From a virus (lineage: Duplodnaviria; Caudoviricetes): 56,651 bases of DNA. The notes below the pieces were generated by a model. That model was not told where the DNA came from, made no database searches, and saw only the letters and a list, made by a program, of their open reading frames with translations. The translations under genes were made by a program, and so were the position numbers. The DNA is taken from IMG/VR virus record IMGVR_UViG_3300021519_000012, positions 1-56,651 of that record. One strand, given 5' to 3'. Position 1 is the first letter of the stretch, and the number at the start of each line of letters is the position of its first letter. Of the stretch, positions 21,140-29,518 are shown in pieces.

Positions 21140-21642
21140 TGAGTCAAGCCAGTCAACTATCGTTTATAAGTAGTTCTACGGGACAGATAGTAATTGCCGC
21201 CACTACTGCATCAGAATCAACAACTACGGGTGCTCTACAAGTAGCAGGTGGCGTTGGTATAGGTGGTGGACTATATGTCGGTGGGACAGTTACTGCTACA
21301 AACTTTATATTAAACGGATATCAGGTTAGCACAGGGTCAGGCGGGACATCATTCACTGGTGGATCAGTAGCTAATCCTATTACTATTACAAGCACTGCGG
21401 CATCAACCTCAACCACCACTGGAGCACTACAAGTAGCTGGTGGGGTTGGCATCGGCGGTAATTTATTTGTAGGTGGTGTTATATCGGGCACCTTAAATAT
21501 ATGTGGAACAAATAACAAAATTACAACAGCCGTCGTACTGAATTCAACAACTAATGCACAGTCATTTGGAGCAACATCAATTGCTCCAGGTGGTTCATTA
21601 TTCGTCCCAGTGGGATCAAGATATAAAGTAACAGTATTTTAA
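21139..21642 (+). CDS. Short fibre-module protein
   Basis: TAATG-coupled; two STTTGALQVAGGVGIGG modules. Confidence 0.7.
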   Translation: MSQASQLSFISSSTGQIVIAATTASESTTTGALQVAGGVGIGGGLYVGGTVTATNFILNGYQVSTGSGGTSFTGGSVANPITITSTAASTSTTTGALQVAGGVGIGGNLFVGGVISGTLNICGTNNKITTAVVLNSTTNAQSFGATSIAPGGSLFVPVGSRYKVTVF

Positions 21643-21660
21643 TTTTAAGAGAGAACTAAC

Positions 21661-22554
21661 ATGGCAACAACAATTAACAATTCAACAGCTGGTATACTAA
21701 CTACACCAGATGCAACAGGCGCACTAACTCTGCAAACTGGAGGAGTAGATGCTATAACAATTGATACTTCACAGAACGTGACTATCAGTCCCGCAGGTGC
21801 AAGTACTGTGGCAATATCACCAGCTGGCGCATTGACCATCAACCCAACTGCGGCTAGTACAATTAACAATGCTTCCATTGGCGTTACTACAGCAGCCGCA
21901 GGTAGATTTACAACATTAACAGCTACAACTAGTGCCACATTGAGTCCAAGTGGCACAGTTATCATCAATCCAACTACTGCTAGTACAATAGACAATGCTT
22001 CCATTGGCGTTACTACTCCGTTGGCTGGCTCATTTACATCACTAACAGCTACTTCGGTTGGTACAGCGGGTGTTCTAGCAAAAACAGGTGGGCAAACAGC
22101 CAATATTACAGTTACCAACACTGTCACATACACAACTGGTGGTAACACATTAGCCAGTCAAACTGCTACTACAGGTGCTACTTGGAGAGTCCGTGCATTT
22201 GGTCAATATGCTGCGGTTACCTCGGCAACCGCTAGAAATGCCCAAGTGAGGCCTTATTGGGGGACTGTTGCATTACCGGCAATTACTCCAGCTGTTCTTA
22301 CCAGTGCCGCCAATACTACCCAATGGCAATGTGAATTTACTTTGACAGCATCTAGTACTACTGCTATGTGGACTGCTGGAAGTTTATTAAGTCGGGTTAC
22401 ATCAGCAACTGCTTTTGCGGTGGATAACGCTACCCCTGCTTCTACTACAGTAACAGCAGGAGCACAAACTTTAGATTTAAGATTTTCAATGTCAAACGCA
22501 ACCCCCGCAGATTCTTGGATTGTTCAATCAGTGATTTTTGAACGACTAGTATAA
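21661..22554 (+). CDS. Thr/Ala-rich fibre or decoration protein
   Basis: 297 aa; internal duplication INPT-x-ASTI-x-NASIGVTT (about 21838-21890 and 21964-22016); GAGAGA upstream. Confidence 0.7.
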   Translation: MATTINNSTAGILTTPDATGALTLQTGGVDAITIDTSQNVTISPAGASTVAISPAGALTINPTAASTINNASIGVTTAAAGRFTTLTATTSATLSPSGTVIINPTTASTIDNASIGVTTPLAGSFTSLTATSVGTAGVLAKTGGQTANITVTNTVTYTTGGNTLASQTATTGATWRVRAFGQYAAVTSATARNAQVRPYWGTVALPAITPAVLTSAANTTQWQCEFTLTASSTTAMWTAGSLLSRVTSATAFAVDNATPASTTVTAGAQTLDLRFSMSNATPADSWIVQSVIFERLV

Positions 22555-22569
22555 TAAAGAGAACGATAA

Positions 22570-22623
22570 ATGAGCTTTCCAATATCGCCAACAAACGGGC
22601 AACAGCGTATAACCTTTAGTTAA
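22570..22623 (+). pseudogene. 17-codon remnant of a fibre-gene 5' end (MSFPISPTNGQQRITFS)
   Basis: Leader AAGAGAACGATAA-ATG resembles the leader of 21661; FP-x-x-P-x-x-G start parallels the N-terminus of 5110; terminates at the stop of the convergent NUDIX gene. Confidence 0.5.
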
Positions 22624-23048
22624 CCTATAACATCTAGGATTGTTTGGATTTTTGCTTTTGTTGTGCGACTGCTTAAGGTAGTTTTTACACCCTGGTGTAG
22701 GGGTTTAGGCCAATTGTCAATGCTGACCCAACAATATCCAGCGTGTTCTTCATTGAGTTTAGGAATAAACTCTTCATCAACAATCAACACATAGGTATTA
22801 TAATAGAACAATTCATCTCTCGATGAATACCATTCAATTGGCACTGTTTTATTGATCTTCGGTAGAAACCCAACTTCTTCTTGAATCTCACGCTGTAGTG
22901 CATCGTATGGGGTTGTATCTTCGGGTTCTTTTTTACCACCAGCAAGTCCCCAAGTGCCCGCAGTGCGGCCTTGAGTTCGAAGTAAAAATAAGAATCTTTG
23001 TGTGTCGCGGGCCAGGAATATTCCCCCCGCACAGGTTACATCGGTCAT
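22620..23048 (-). CDS. NUDIX hydrolase
   Basis: Nudix box GGKKEPEDTTPYDALQREIQEEVG; start placed at 23048, giving an ATGA overlap with the upstream stop (ORF track start is 23063). Confidence 0.9.
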   Translation of the reverse strand: MTDVTCAGGIFLARDTQRFLFLLRTQGRTAGTWGLAGGKKEPEDTTPYDALQREIQEEVGFLPKINKTVPIEWYSSRDELFYYNTYVLIVDEEFIPKLNEEHAGYCWVSIDNWPKPLHQGVKTTLSSRTTKAKIQTILDVIG

Positions 23049-24448
23049 AGGACTAATCGCCAATCGCCTGCTGTATAAATGCCTTCAACGCTCTTCATCC
23101 AACTTTCTCCATCCCACATATACTGAACCCCAGTACGTGCATTAGTTATGTAAGTTAGATCCTGGACACTAGCAGAATCGAATATAACATTCCATTTTGC
23201 TCCATCCCATTGGATAATATCATTAGCCCGGCCAACAAAGTCCGATGCATCTTCATTTTTCCAAGCTTCTGGCCCATCTGCCGCAGTGCTGGCCACATCT
23301 TCCAATATTAAATATCGAGCATCAGTTGCTGGCCATCCTAATGCGCCATTAGGCAAATAAGGGCGAGGATTAAATGTTTCTGGATTAACAATAGCATCTA
23401 CGGTACCACGCGGTAACTGTCCAACAGCATCAGAAATCAACGTATTCATAGCAACAGTATCTTCATCAAATGTGATTGCCATGATACTGTCATCTGTAGG
23501 ATTTAAGCTGATATATCCGACTATTTCGTTTCCATCGGGCTTTGTCAATCTAATCTGACTCAGTCCTGCGGTAAACTGTCCCGGATACGCATCTAAAATA
23601 CTCATCCAATTCATGCTACGTGAACCGTCTGATCCCTCGGGTATTAACTTAGCGGTGCTATCTAAAATCAGTAGACCTAGATTTCCTAATGTAGTTACTC
23701 CTACGCTTACTGCATTTCTGCCAGAGAAATAATCAACTTCGGTGCCATTGCTGTATGCACCCGATGCTTTAGTTCCTGGAGCATCTTCAAATACTGATGT
23801 AATAATCTTAGTAATAATACCTAATTTTTTAACCTTGGCCGGAGTAGTGATCCAAACAGGACTTTTAAAAGTTAACGAAGCAATATCAATATCCTGTTCT
23901 AAGCCTTGCGGAATCTGACGGCTACTTAAACTAAATGAAGTAAGTTCAAGCAAACTCAAACTAGTCCAGTCTAGATAGTTGTTACTGCTTTGTATTTCTA
24001 TACTAGGGTTAAACAATACTAATAATTGTTCAACAATTTGTAATTTTTGATCTGTGTTGGTGCACCAAATATCTGCAACAAATTGCAAATCATATGGCGT
24101 TGGCATTAAGCGTTCTACTGTATAGTTTGCACCTTGGGTATTAAGATATTCATTTCCTTGTTCGTCAAATGCACGTTCACGAATATTAACTTTACTAACA
24201 AATGTCGGATCTTGCAAGCGGTCACGAGCAAATTCCATGTTCTTAATGTAGCAGGCAATAAAGGGTGCGCTTTGAACTATGTTTTCACTGTTCTTGTTTA
24301 GCACTTGTGCTACCTGACGATTCATATCACCATAGCGAACAGGAATCTGTACAAGTTTACCCTTGGCATCCTTGTAGGCAAAGTTACTCATTACACGCAT
24401 GAACTGCGTTAGATATCTTTTTATTTGAGAATCGTAGAAGTACTCCAT
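23045..24448 (-). CDS. gp15: Tail sheath stabilizer / tail terminator (T4 gp15-like) with C-terminal extension
   Basis: YFYD-x-QIKRY-x-x-QF...IPV-x-YG start and P-x-PYDL-x-F...QKLQIVEQ...FNP, typical of gp15; lies next to the neck genes. Confidence 0.75.
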   Translation of the reverse strand: MEYFYDSQIKRYLTQFMRVMSNFAYKDAKGKLVQIPVRYGDMNRQVAQVLNKNSENIVQSAPFIACYIKNMEFARDRLQDPTFVSKVNIRERAFDEQGNEYLNTQGANYTVERLMPTPYDLQFVADIWCTNTDQKLQIVEQLLVLFNPSIEIQSSNNYLDWTSLSLLELTSFSLSSRQIPQGLEQDIDIASLTFKSPVWITTPAKVKKLGIITKIITSVFEDAPGTKASGAYSNGTEVDYFSGRNAVSVGVTTLGNLGLLILDSTAKLIPEGSDGSRSMNWMSILDAYPGQFTAGLSQIRLTKPDGNEIVGYISLNPTDDSIMAITFDEDTVAMNTLISDAVGQLPRGTVDAIVNPETFNPRPYLPNGALGWPATDARYLILEDVASTAADGPEAWKNEDASDFVGRANDIIQWDGAKWNVIFDSASVQDLTYITNARTGVQYMWDGESWMKSVEGIYTAGDWRLVL

Positions 24449-25644
24449 TAATTATCTGCCCTAGGTTTTAATATTTTGCTTAGTGCTTGTCGCTCCGGCA
24501 CTATTTGTCCAGCAATAGTAGCAGTGGTATTATTGTTAATAAAGCCAGTGCGTTGTGTTTGTCTTGTGACAGAATTATCAGCAGCGACTCCGTCTTTTGG
24601 TTTGTTGGTTAATGTCATACGCACATCTTGTTCATACATTATCCAGGTATGTCCGCTGTATCTAAACAATCTATTTGGGAAGTAATCTGTGCGTAGATGA
24701 AACTGTCCTTCAATAGCAGCGGTTGGGAATGTAATTCCAAAACTATAAGGAGCACCATTTGGTGGTTTACCATCACCTGTTAAGTATCCAACGTAGAAAT
24801 CTTTTTCAGGACTCTTAAGAATGTAACTAGCATCTAGGCTATGAGTTTCACTACTAGCATCTACATCCACATTGGTAGTATCTTCAATGGCCACAGTGCC
24901 GTCTGGATTCTGCGGAACTACATATAGTTGTTTAGTATCATATCCGCTTAGTGGAGCATCGGCTTCTGCTTGTGCTATGATAGCATCGTTGACTGCAATG
25001 TTTTGATTGTAGGTACTGATAAGATCTCGTAGACTGCTTCCATCAGTAGCACCACTTGCCGCATCCAGAATCTCTGAGTATTCCTGACTGTCTACTAGTG
25101 GTACACACTTAACACGTAACAGGTGTGGATACCAAGTTTGACTAAATCCGACACTGGCACGAGTAACATCTTGCACTACATAAAATCTTTTTAGAGCAAC
25201 GCTGGCATCATCCAGGGCATATTCATCTTTTAAGTGAGGTAATTCTAATACGTCACCTGCCATAATTTTACGGCCTAGGGTATCTACACAGTTGCGCAAG
25301 TGTAGATGCATAAAAAGCGTATCGTTGTTTAGGAATATACCAAACTGACTTAGATTAAAATCTAAATCTTGCATTTGATAAATGCCACGCATTACATACA
25401 CGTCTGGTGCATAATGGCGATCACGATTTTCCATTAGAATAATATCTTGTATTCCCAGTTCAGGAATAGGATTTGCCTGGGTAGGAACACCCGGAGTAGC
25501 CTCACCGTCTGCAGGGTTTACAGGACCCATATATTTGTGAACATAAATGTCCACACCTCCGACCTGAAATTCTTCATTAATCACGCGATCAATAAAACGA
25601 AAATCCGCACCCTTTTCGGGACGGTATAAACTTAATCTTGGAAT
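24448..25644 (-). CDS. gp14: Neck protein (T4 gp14-like), probable ATT start
   Basis: GVDIYVHKY and LSQFGIFL-x-x-D...GDVLELPH motifs. Frame extends 20 codons above the GTG at 25584 to ATT at 25644 (IPRLSLYRPEKG), with AGGAGA 6 nt upstream. In-frame stop at 25672-25674. Confidence 0.7.
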   Translation of the reverse strand: MPRLSLYRPEKGADFRFIDRVINEEFQVGGVDIYVHKYMGPVNPADGEATPGVPTQANPIPELGIQDIILMENRDRHYAPDVYVMRGIYQMQDLDFNLSQFGIFLNNDTLFMHLHLRNCVDTLGRKIMAGDVLELPHLKDEYALDDASVALKRFYVVQDVTRASVGFSQTWYPHLLRVKCVPLVDSQEYSEILDAASGATDGSSLRDLISTYNQNIAVNDAIIAQAEADAPLSGYDTKQLYVVPQNPDGTVAIEDTTNVDVDASSETHSLDASYILKSPEKDFYVGYLTGDGKPPNGAPYSFGITFPTAAIEGQFHLRTDYFPNRLFRYSGHTWIMYEQDVRMTLTNKPKDGVAADNSVTRQTQRTGFINNNTTATIAGQIVPERQALSKILKPRADN

Positions 25645-26297
25645 TTTAATTCTCCTTTGATAGCAATTAATTTACAGCGACCACCGTGCCATCTAAGGTA
25701 ATTTGATTGTCCCTTTCCAGTTTTATTGCAGTGAGGGCATATAAACAAAGGCATGTTTGCCTTTCTAATCTCGCTAAATTTAATTCGCTCTTCAACAGTC
25801 CATCTTTCAATTGCAGACTGCTGCATTTTTTTCTTAGATTCTTCTGTATGAGGTTTTCTAGGGTATGGAGTTTTTTTATGTCCTTTTGATTTGGCTTTTT
25901 TCTCTGCACTCCATTGCTTACCAAAATTATAATTTTGACTTCCAGTTCTTGTATTTTTTGTAGTAAGTGACCGCATAAGTTTTATCTGATTGTACATTCG
26001 TGATGTTATTTTATATCGATTTTGTCCGATACCCTGTACTTGGGTAATATATAGTGATTTCCACATTTTACTTTTTGCATCGCCTACTACCATTTTAGTA
26101 AGTAGCCAGTGACAAATAAAATGCTCTCGTGCAGTTAATTTAACTAGATTAGGTTGCTTATTACTACCACCTAAACTTTTAGGAATAATATGATGTTTTT
26201 CAGTATAGCCAGAAATATCTCGATTTTGAGCATTAAAAATAATATTAAAATACCACTTGGTATATTTGTTCTGTAGGAAGTCAAAGGTCTCTAGCAT
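25632..26297 (-). mobile_element. Free-standing HNH homing endonuclease (Mob-like)
   Basis: YTEKHHIIPKSLGGSN-x-x-x-NLVKLTAREHFICHWLL HNH core; NUMOD3-like basic repeats (NYNFGKQWS, KPHTEESKKKM); C-terminal CPHC...RWH-x-x-x-C zinc motif; inserted between the neck genes. Confidence 0.9.
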
Positions 26298-26304
26298 AGT
26301 CTAC

Positions 26305-26320
26305 TATTTATGGCTAAATA
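26305..26320. promoter_or_regulatory. Back-to-back late promoter boxes TATTTA-N4-TAAATA
   Basis: Minus-strand box 7 nt from ATG 26297; plus-strand box 5 nt from ATG 26326; no SD on either side. Confidence 0.65.
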
Positions 26321-26325
26321 TCTGT

Positions 26326-27084
26326 ATGAGTACATTAGAACAGACCCGCCAACCCGTAGTTGAGTATATCAAAGCCATGCTCGGATCCGGGATGATTGAT
26401 GTGGAATTGGACCCTATACACTATAACACCTCTATTGATCGTGCTTTTGCAAAATACCGCCAAAAAAGCGCAAATAGTGTAGAAGAAAGTTATGCATTTT
26501 TAACCCTGGAGCAGGATGTTAATGAATACGCACTTAGCCAAGAAGTTATCGAAGTTCGTCAATGTTTCCGCCGCAGTATTGGTAGTAGAACAGGCGGTGG
26601 CGATACTGGTAGTTTATTTGAGCCATTTAACTTAGCCTACTCTAACACCTATTTGTTAAGCACCAGCAACATGGGTGGACTAGCAACATACTACGCATTT
26701 GCTTCATACCAGAAAATGGTTGGTAAAATGTTTGGTAGTGAAATTAATTTTACGTGGAATCCTGCTACTAAAAAATTAACAATAATGCAACGACCACGTG
26801 GCGAAGAAACATTATTGATTTGGCTATATAATCATAAACCCGACTTTGTGCTTCTAGCAGATCCATACGCTGGTATTTGGCTTAAAGACTATGCCCTAGC
26901 ACAGTCCAAGATTATCTTAGGCGAAGCTCGTGAAAAGTTCCAAACTATTGCTAGCCCACAAGGTGGCACACAGCTAAACGGAGCCGCCCTTAAATCAGAA
27001 GGCCAAGCCGCTATCGAGCGTCTAGAACTAGAACTAGCAAACTACGGCACTGGTGAAAAACCAATGTGGTTTGTAGTTGGCTAA
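26326..27084 (+). CDS. gp13: Neck protein (T4 gp13-like)
   Basis: YI-x-x-MLG-x-x-MIDVEL start and WLKDYALA-x-x-K-x-x-LG-x-x-R-x-KF...PQGG-x-x-LNG end; start reassigned from 26257 to the ATG after TAAATA. Confidence 0.85.
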   Translation: MSTLEQTRQPVVEYIKAMLGSGMIDVELDPIHYNTSIDRAFAKYRQKSANSVEESYAFLTLEQDVNEYALSQEVIEVRQCFRRSIGSRTGGGDTGSLFEPFNLAYSNTYLLSTSNMGGLATYYAFASYQKMVGKMFGSEINFTWNPATKKLTIMQRPRGEETLLIWLYNHKPDFVLLADPYAGIWLKDYALAQSKIILGEAREKFQTIASPQGGTQLNGAALKSEGQAAIERLELELANYGTGEKPMWFVVG

Positions 27085-27093
27085 CCAAATCTG

Positions 27094-27122
27094 TTGACAC
27101 TGTAATCAAACGGTAATAAACT
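27094..27122 (+). promoter_or_regulatory. Sigma70-type promoter
   Basis: TTGACA (27094-27099), 17-nt spacer, TAAACT (27117-27122); AGGAGA SD before ATG 27145. Confidence 0.7.
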
Positions 27123-27144
27123 ATAGTATCATCCAGGAGATACT

Positions 27145-27780
27145 ATGATCATCGGCATTTGCGGCTTCATCGGCAGTGGTAAAGATACTATTGCAGACTA
27201 CCTAGTCAATTTCAACGGTTTTAGAAGAGAAAGTTTTGCTAACTCATTAAAAGATGCAGTAGCTTACGTATTTGGTTGGGACCGCACAATGCTAGAAGGA
27301 CGAACTAAGGCTGCTCGTGAATGGCGTGAACAAGTTGATCCATGGTGGGCAGAACGATTAAACATGCCACACCTAACTCCACGTTGGGTCCTACAGTATT
27401 GGGGAACTGAAGTGTGCCGCAAGAGCTTTCATGACGATATTTGGATTGCTAGTTTAGAAAATAAACTTCGCACATCAAAAGACGATATTGTTATCAGTGA
27501 CTGCCGTTTTCCTAACGAAATTAAATCAATCAAAGCCGCAGGCGGCATCGTAATCCGTGTTGTTCGTGGCCCAGAACCTGAATGGTATAGTATTGCAAAG
27601 AATGCCAACAAAGGCGCACCTATTGCTCAAGAATTACTTAAAGAATTTGGTGTACATGCTAGTGAAACTGCGTGGGTTGGAACCGACTTTGATGCGGTTT
27701 TAGATAACAACGGTACTATTGATGAGCTGTTTCAGCAGATCAAAACCATCGCAACTCCCGAACTTACTCCTGCTGTTTAA
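27145..27780 (+). CDS. Deoxynucleoside monophosphate kinase (T4 gp1-like)
   Basis: MIIGICGFIGSGKDT P-loop; TPRWVLQYWGTE, ISDCRFPNE and HASE motifs. Confidence 0.92.
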   Translation: MIIGICGFIGSGKDTIADYLVNFNGFRRESFANSLKDAVAYVFGWDRTMLEGRTKAAREWREQVDPWWAERLNMPHLTPRWVLQYWGTEVCRKSFHDDIWIASLENKLRTSKDDIVISDCRFPNEIKSIKAAGGIVIRVVRGPEPEWYSIAKNANKGAPIAQELLKEFGVHASETAWVGTDFDAVLDNNGTIDELFQQIKTIATPELTPAV

Positions 27781-27809
27781 TAAATATCATTATATAAACA
27801 GGAGTTGTT

Positions 27810-28772
27810 ATGAAACAGATTACCCTAAATTGGGTTTTAGCCCACGAACCATACCATGTCTTTATCAAGGCAGCTAAAAGTTTTGCCGCAGAAGTTGCCG
27901 CCGAAACCAACGGCGAATACAAAATTAATGTTATTAGCCTAGACGAGTGGAACGATCTTGCTAAACACAATCTAACAACTCACACAACTGACCGTAATAA
28001 AATCCTCGACTTGGTTGACAACGGCACTATTGACCTAGCAACAGTATACGCTAGCGCACTGGGCGGCATCGATAGTGATATGTATTCTTTAGCAATGCCA
28101 TTCTTGTTTAACGATCACGACGAAGCATCTAATGTTATTGATGGTAAAATTGGTCAGCACATGTTGGCTAAAATTGCTGACAAGAGCAACATCCGTGGCC
28201 TAGTGTTTACATACTCTGGCGGTTTTAAAATTATTCCAAGTAAAAATGTAATTGAAACTCTAGAAGATTTTTATCGTTTAAATTTAAGTTGCAGTAATAA
28301 TCCTGTTTCAATCGGTACATTAAATGCAGTTGGAGCAAATCCAGTTCCAACATTCATTGAAGATATTACTAAAAAATTAGTTAGCGGAGAAATTGTTGGC
28401 GGAGAAACAACATATACTCGTTACTTGATCCTCGAACAAGACAAGCACACAAACTACATTAACGACACAGAACACAGTTTATTCCTAACAAGTTTAATTA
28501 TTAACAAACAACTATGGTTGTCATTAGGCGAAAAGGTACAACAAGTATTTGCCGCAGCCGCTATGAGAGCCGCAAAGATTGAGCGTGAAGAAAGTTTGGC
28601 AGACAATGTTGTTGTTGAAGAACAAGCAAGACGTCAAGGTATTTCTACTATTAGAATGACCGCTAAAGAAAAAGCTAAAATGGTTGCAGCCACTAAAGGT
28701 CTGTATTCTAGTTTAGATTCTTATTTTAGTCCAGGCTTATTAAATCAAATTGTTGATGGAAAAAAAGGTTAA
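27810..28772 (+). CDS. TRAP transporter DctP-like solute-binding protein without an obvious signal peptide
   Basis: FAAEV-x-x-x-TNG-x-x-x-I, V-x-x-G-x-ID, L-x-MPFLF, GANPVP, L-x-SG-x-I-x-G-x-E, INK-x-x-W-x-SL-x-x-x-x-Q follow the DctP layout; TAAATA at 27781 and GGAG SD. Confidence 0.8.
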   Translation: MKQITLNWVLAHEPYHVFIKAAKSFAAEVAAETNGEYKINVISLDEWNDLAKHNLTTHTTDRNKILDLVDNGTIDLATVYASALGGIDSDMYSLAMPFLFNDHDEASNVIDGKIGQHMLAKIADKSNIRGLVFTYSGGFKIIPSKNVIETLEDFYRLNLSCSNNPVSIGTLNAVGANPVPTFIEDITKKLVSGEIVGGETTYTRYLILEQDKHTNYINDTEHSLFLTSLIINKQLWLSLGEKVQQVFAAAAMRAAKIEREESLADNVVVEEQARRQGISTIRMTAKEKAKMVAATKGLYSSLDSYFSPGLLNQIVDGKKG

Positions 28773-29502
28773 TCTTTCAGTACCGTTAAGCGAATTTGAT
28801 AGTCTATGGGAATGGACCAAGTCTAGAAGCACATACCATTTTGACAAGTGGCGCACAGATGCTCCGGGGTCTACCTATAAGACCCTAGGGCGTTTTGAAA
28901 ACACTTGGTCGCACTTAATACAAGAAATTAAAGAAAAATCTTTTCCTACCAACTGGGGTAATATTACCACATCCGGTGGTGGGGTACAAAAACCTGTTAG
29001 TTATGATAAGCGTGGTCGTGACATTGCCCAAGGCGGTGGCGACATTGATAAAATACAACTGACTAATCTTGCAGAAAATCCTTGGCAGTATCCTGAATTT
29101 AAAAAAATAATTGACTATTTTCATTTAGAACCAATAGAAGCAAGGTTTCACGTTCAACTAACAGGACAGATGTTTACTGTTCACGTTGATCCAAATCATC
29201 ATAGATTTATGCCACCCGGCTCAAATCCATTGGGTCCGTATGACTATGATCCAATGGACCAAGTGCGTATTACTATTATGTTAGAAGATTGGGAGCCTGG
29301 ACAGTTTATGATTTACGGTAACACAGTATATCAACAATGGCGAGCAGGTGATTTCCATATGCACGATTGGCCTAACATTCCCCATGCAACAGCCAATGCT
29401 AGTCAGCACAGTCGTATTACCCTTCAAATAACCGGTATGCGTACCGCAGAAACAAACAAAGTTATTGGCGGTCCAAATAACTTTGCACCGCACAATCCTT
29501 AA
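28756..29502 (+). CDS. 2OG-Fe(II) oxygenase / cupin (Asp-Asn beta-hydroxylase-like)
   Basis: H-x-D (HVD) and distal H (PHATAN) facial triad, W-x-x-GD strand and R-x-T-L-Q-x-T-G end; overlaps the upstream stop. Confidence 0.75.
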   Translation: MEKKVNLSVPLSEFDSLWEWTKSRSTYHFDKWRTDAPGSTYKTLGRFENTWSHLIQEIKEKSFPTNWGNITTSGGGVQKPVSYDKRGRDIAQGGGDIDKIQLTNLAENPWQYPEFKKIIDYFHLEPIEARFHVQLTGQMFTVHVDPNHHRFMPPGSNPLGPYDYDPMDQVRITIMLEDWEPGQFMIYGNTVYQQWRAGDFHMHDWPNIPHATANASQHSRITLQITGMRTAETNKVIGGPNNFAPHNP

Positions 29503-29518
29503 AATAAGTAGTGTTACT

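Noticed and set aside
92-22148. Many minus-strand and alternate-frame ORFs over the fibre genes (e.g. 6660..7307, 8607..9176, 21645..22148)
   Set aside because: They are shadows of Thr/Gly/Ala/Val codon bias in long sense genes, with no start signals or recognisable motifs.
25632-26297. Group I intron around the HNH gene
   Set aside because: The ORF fills the space from the promoter to the gp14 start, leaving no room for a ribozyme core; no P7-like elements recognised.
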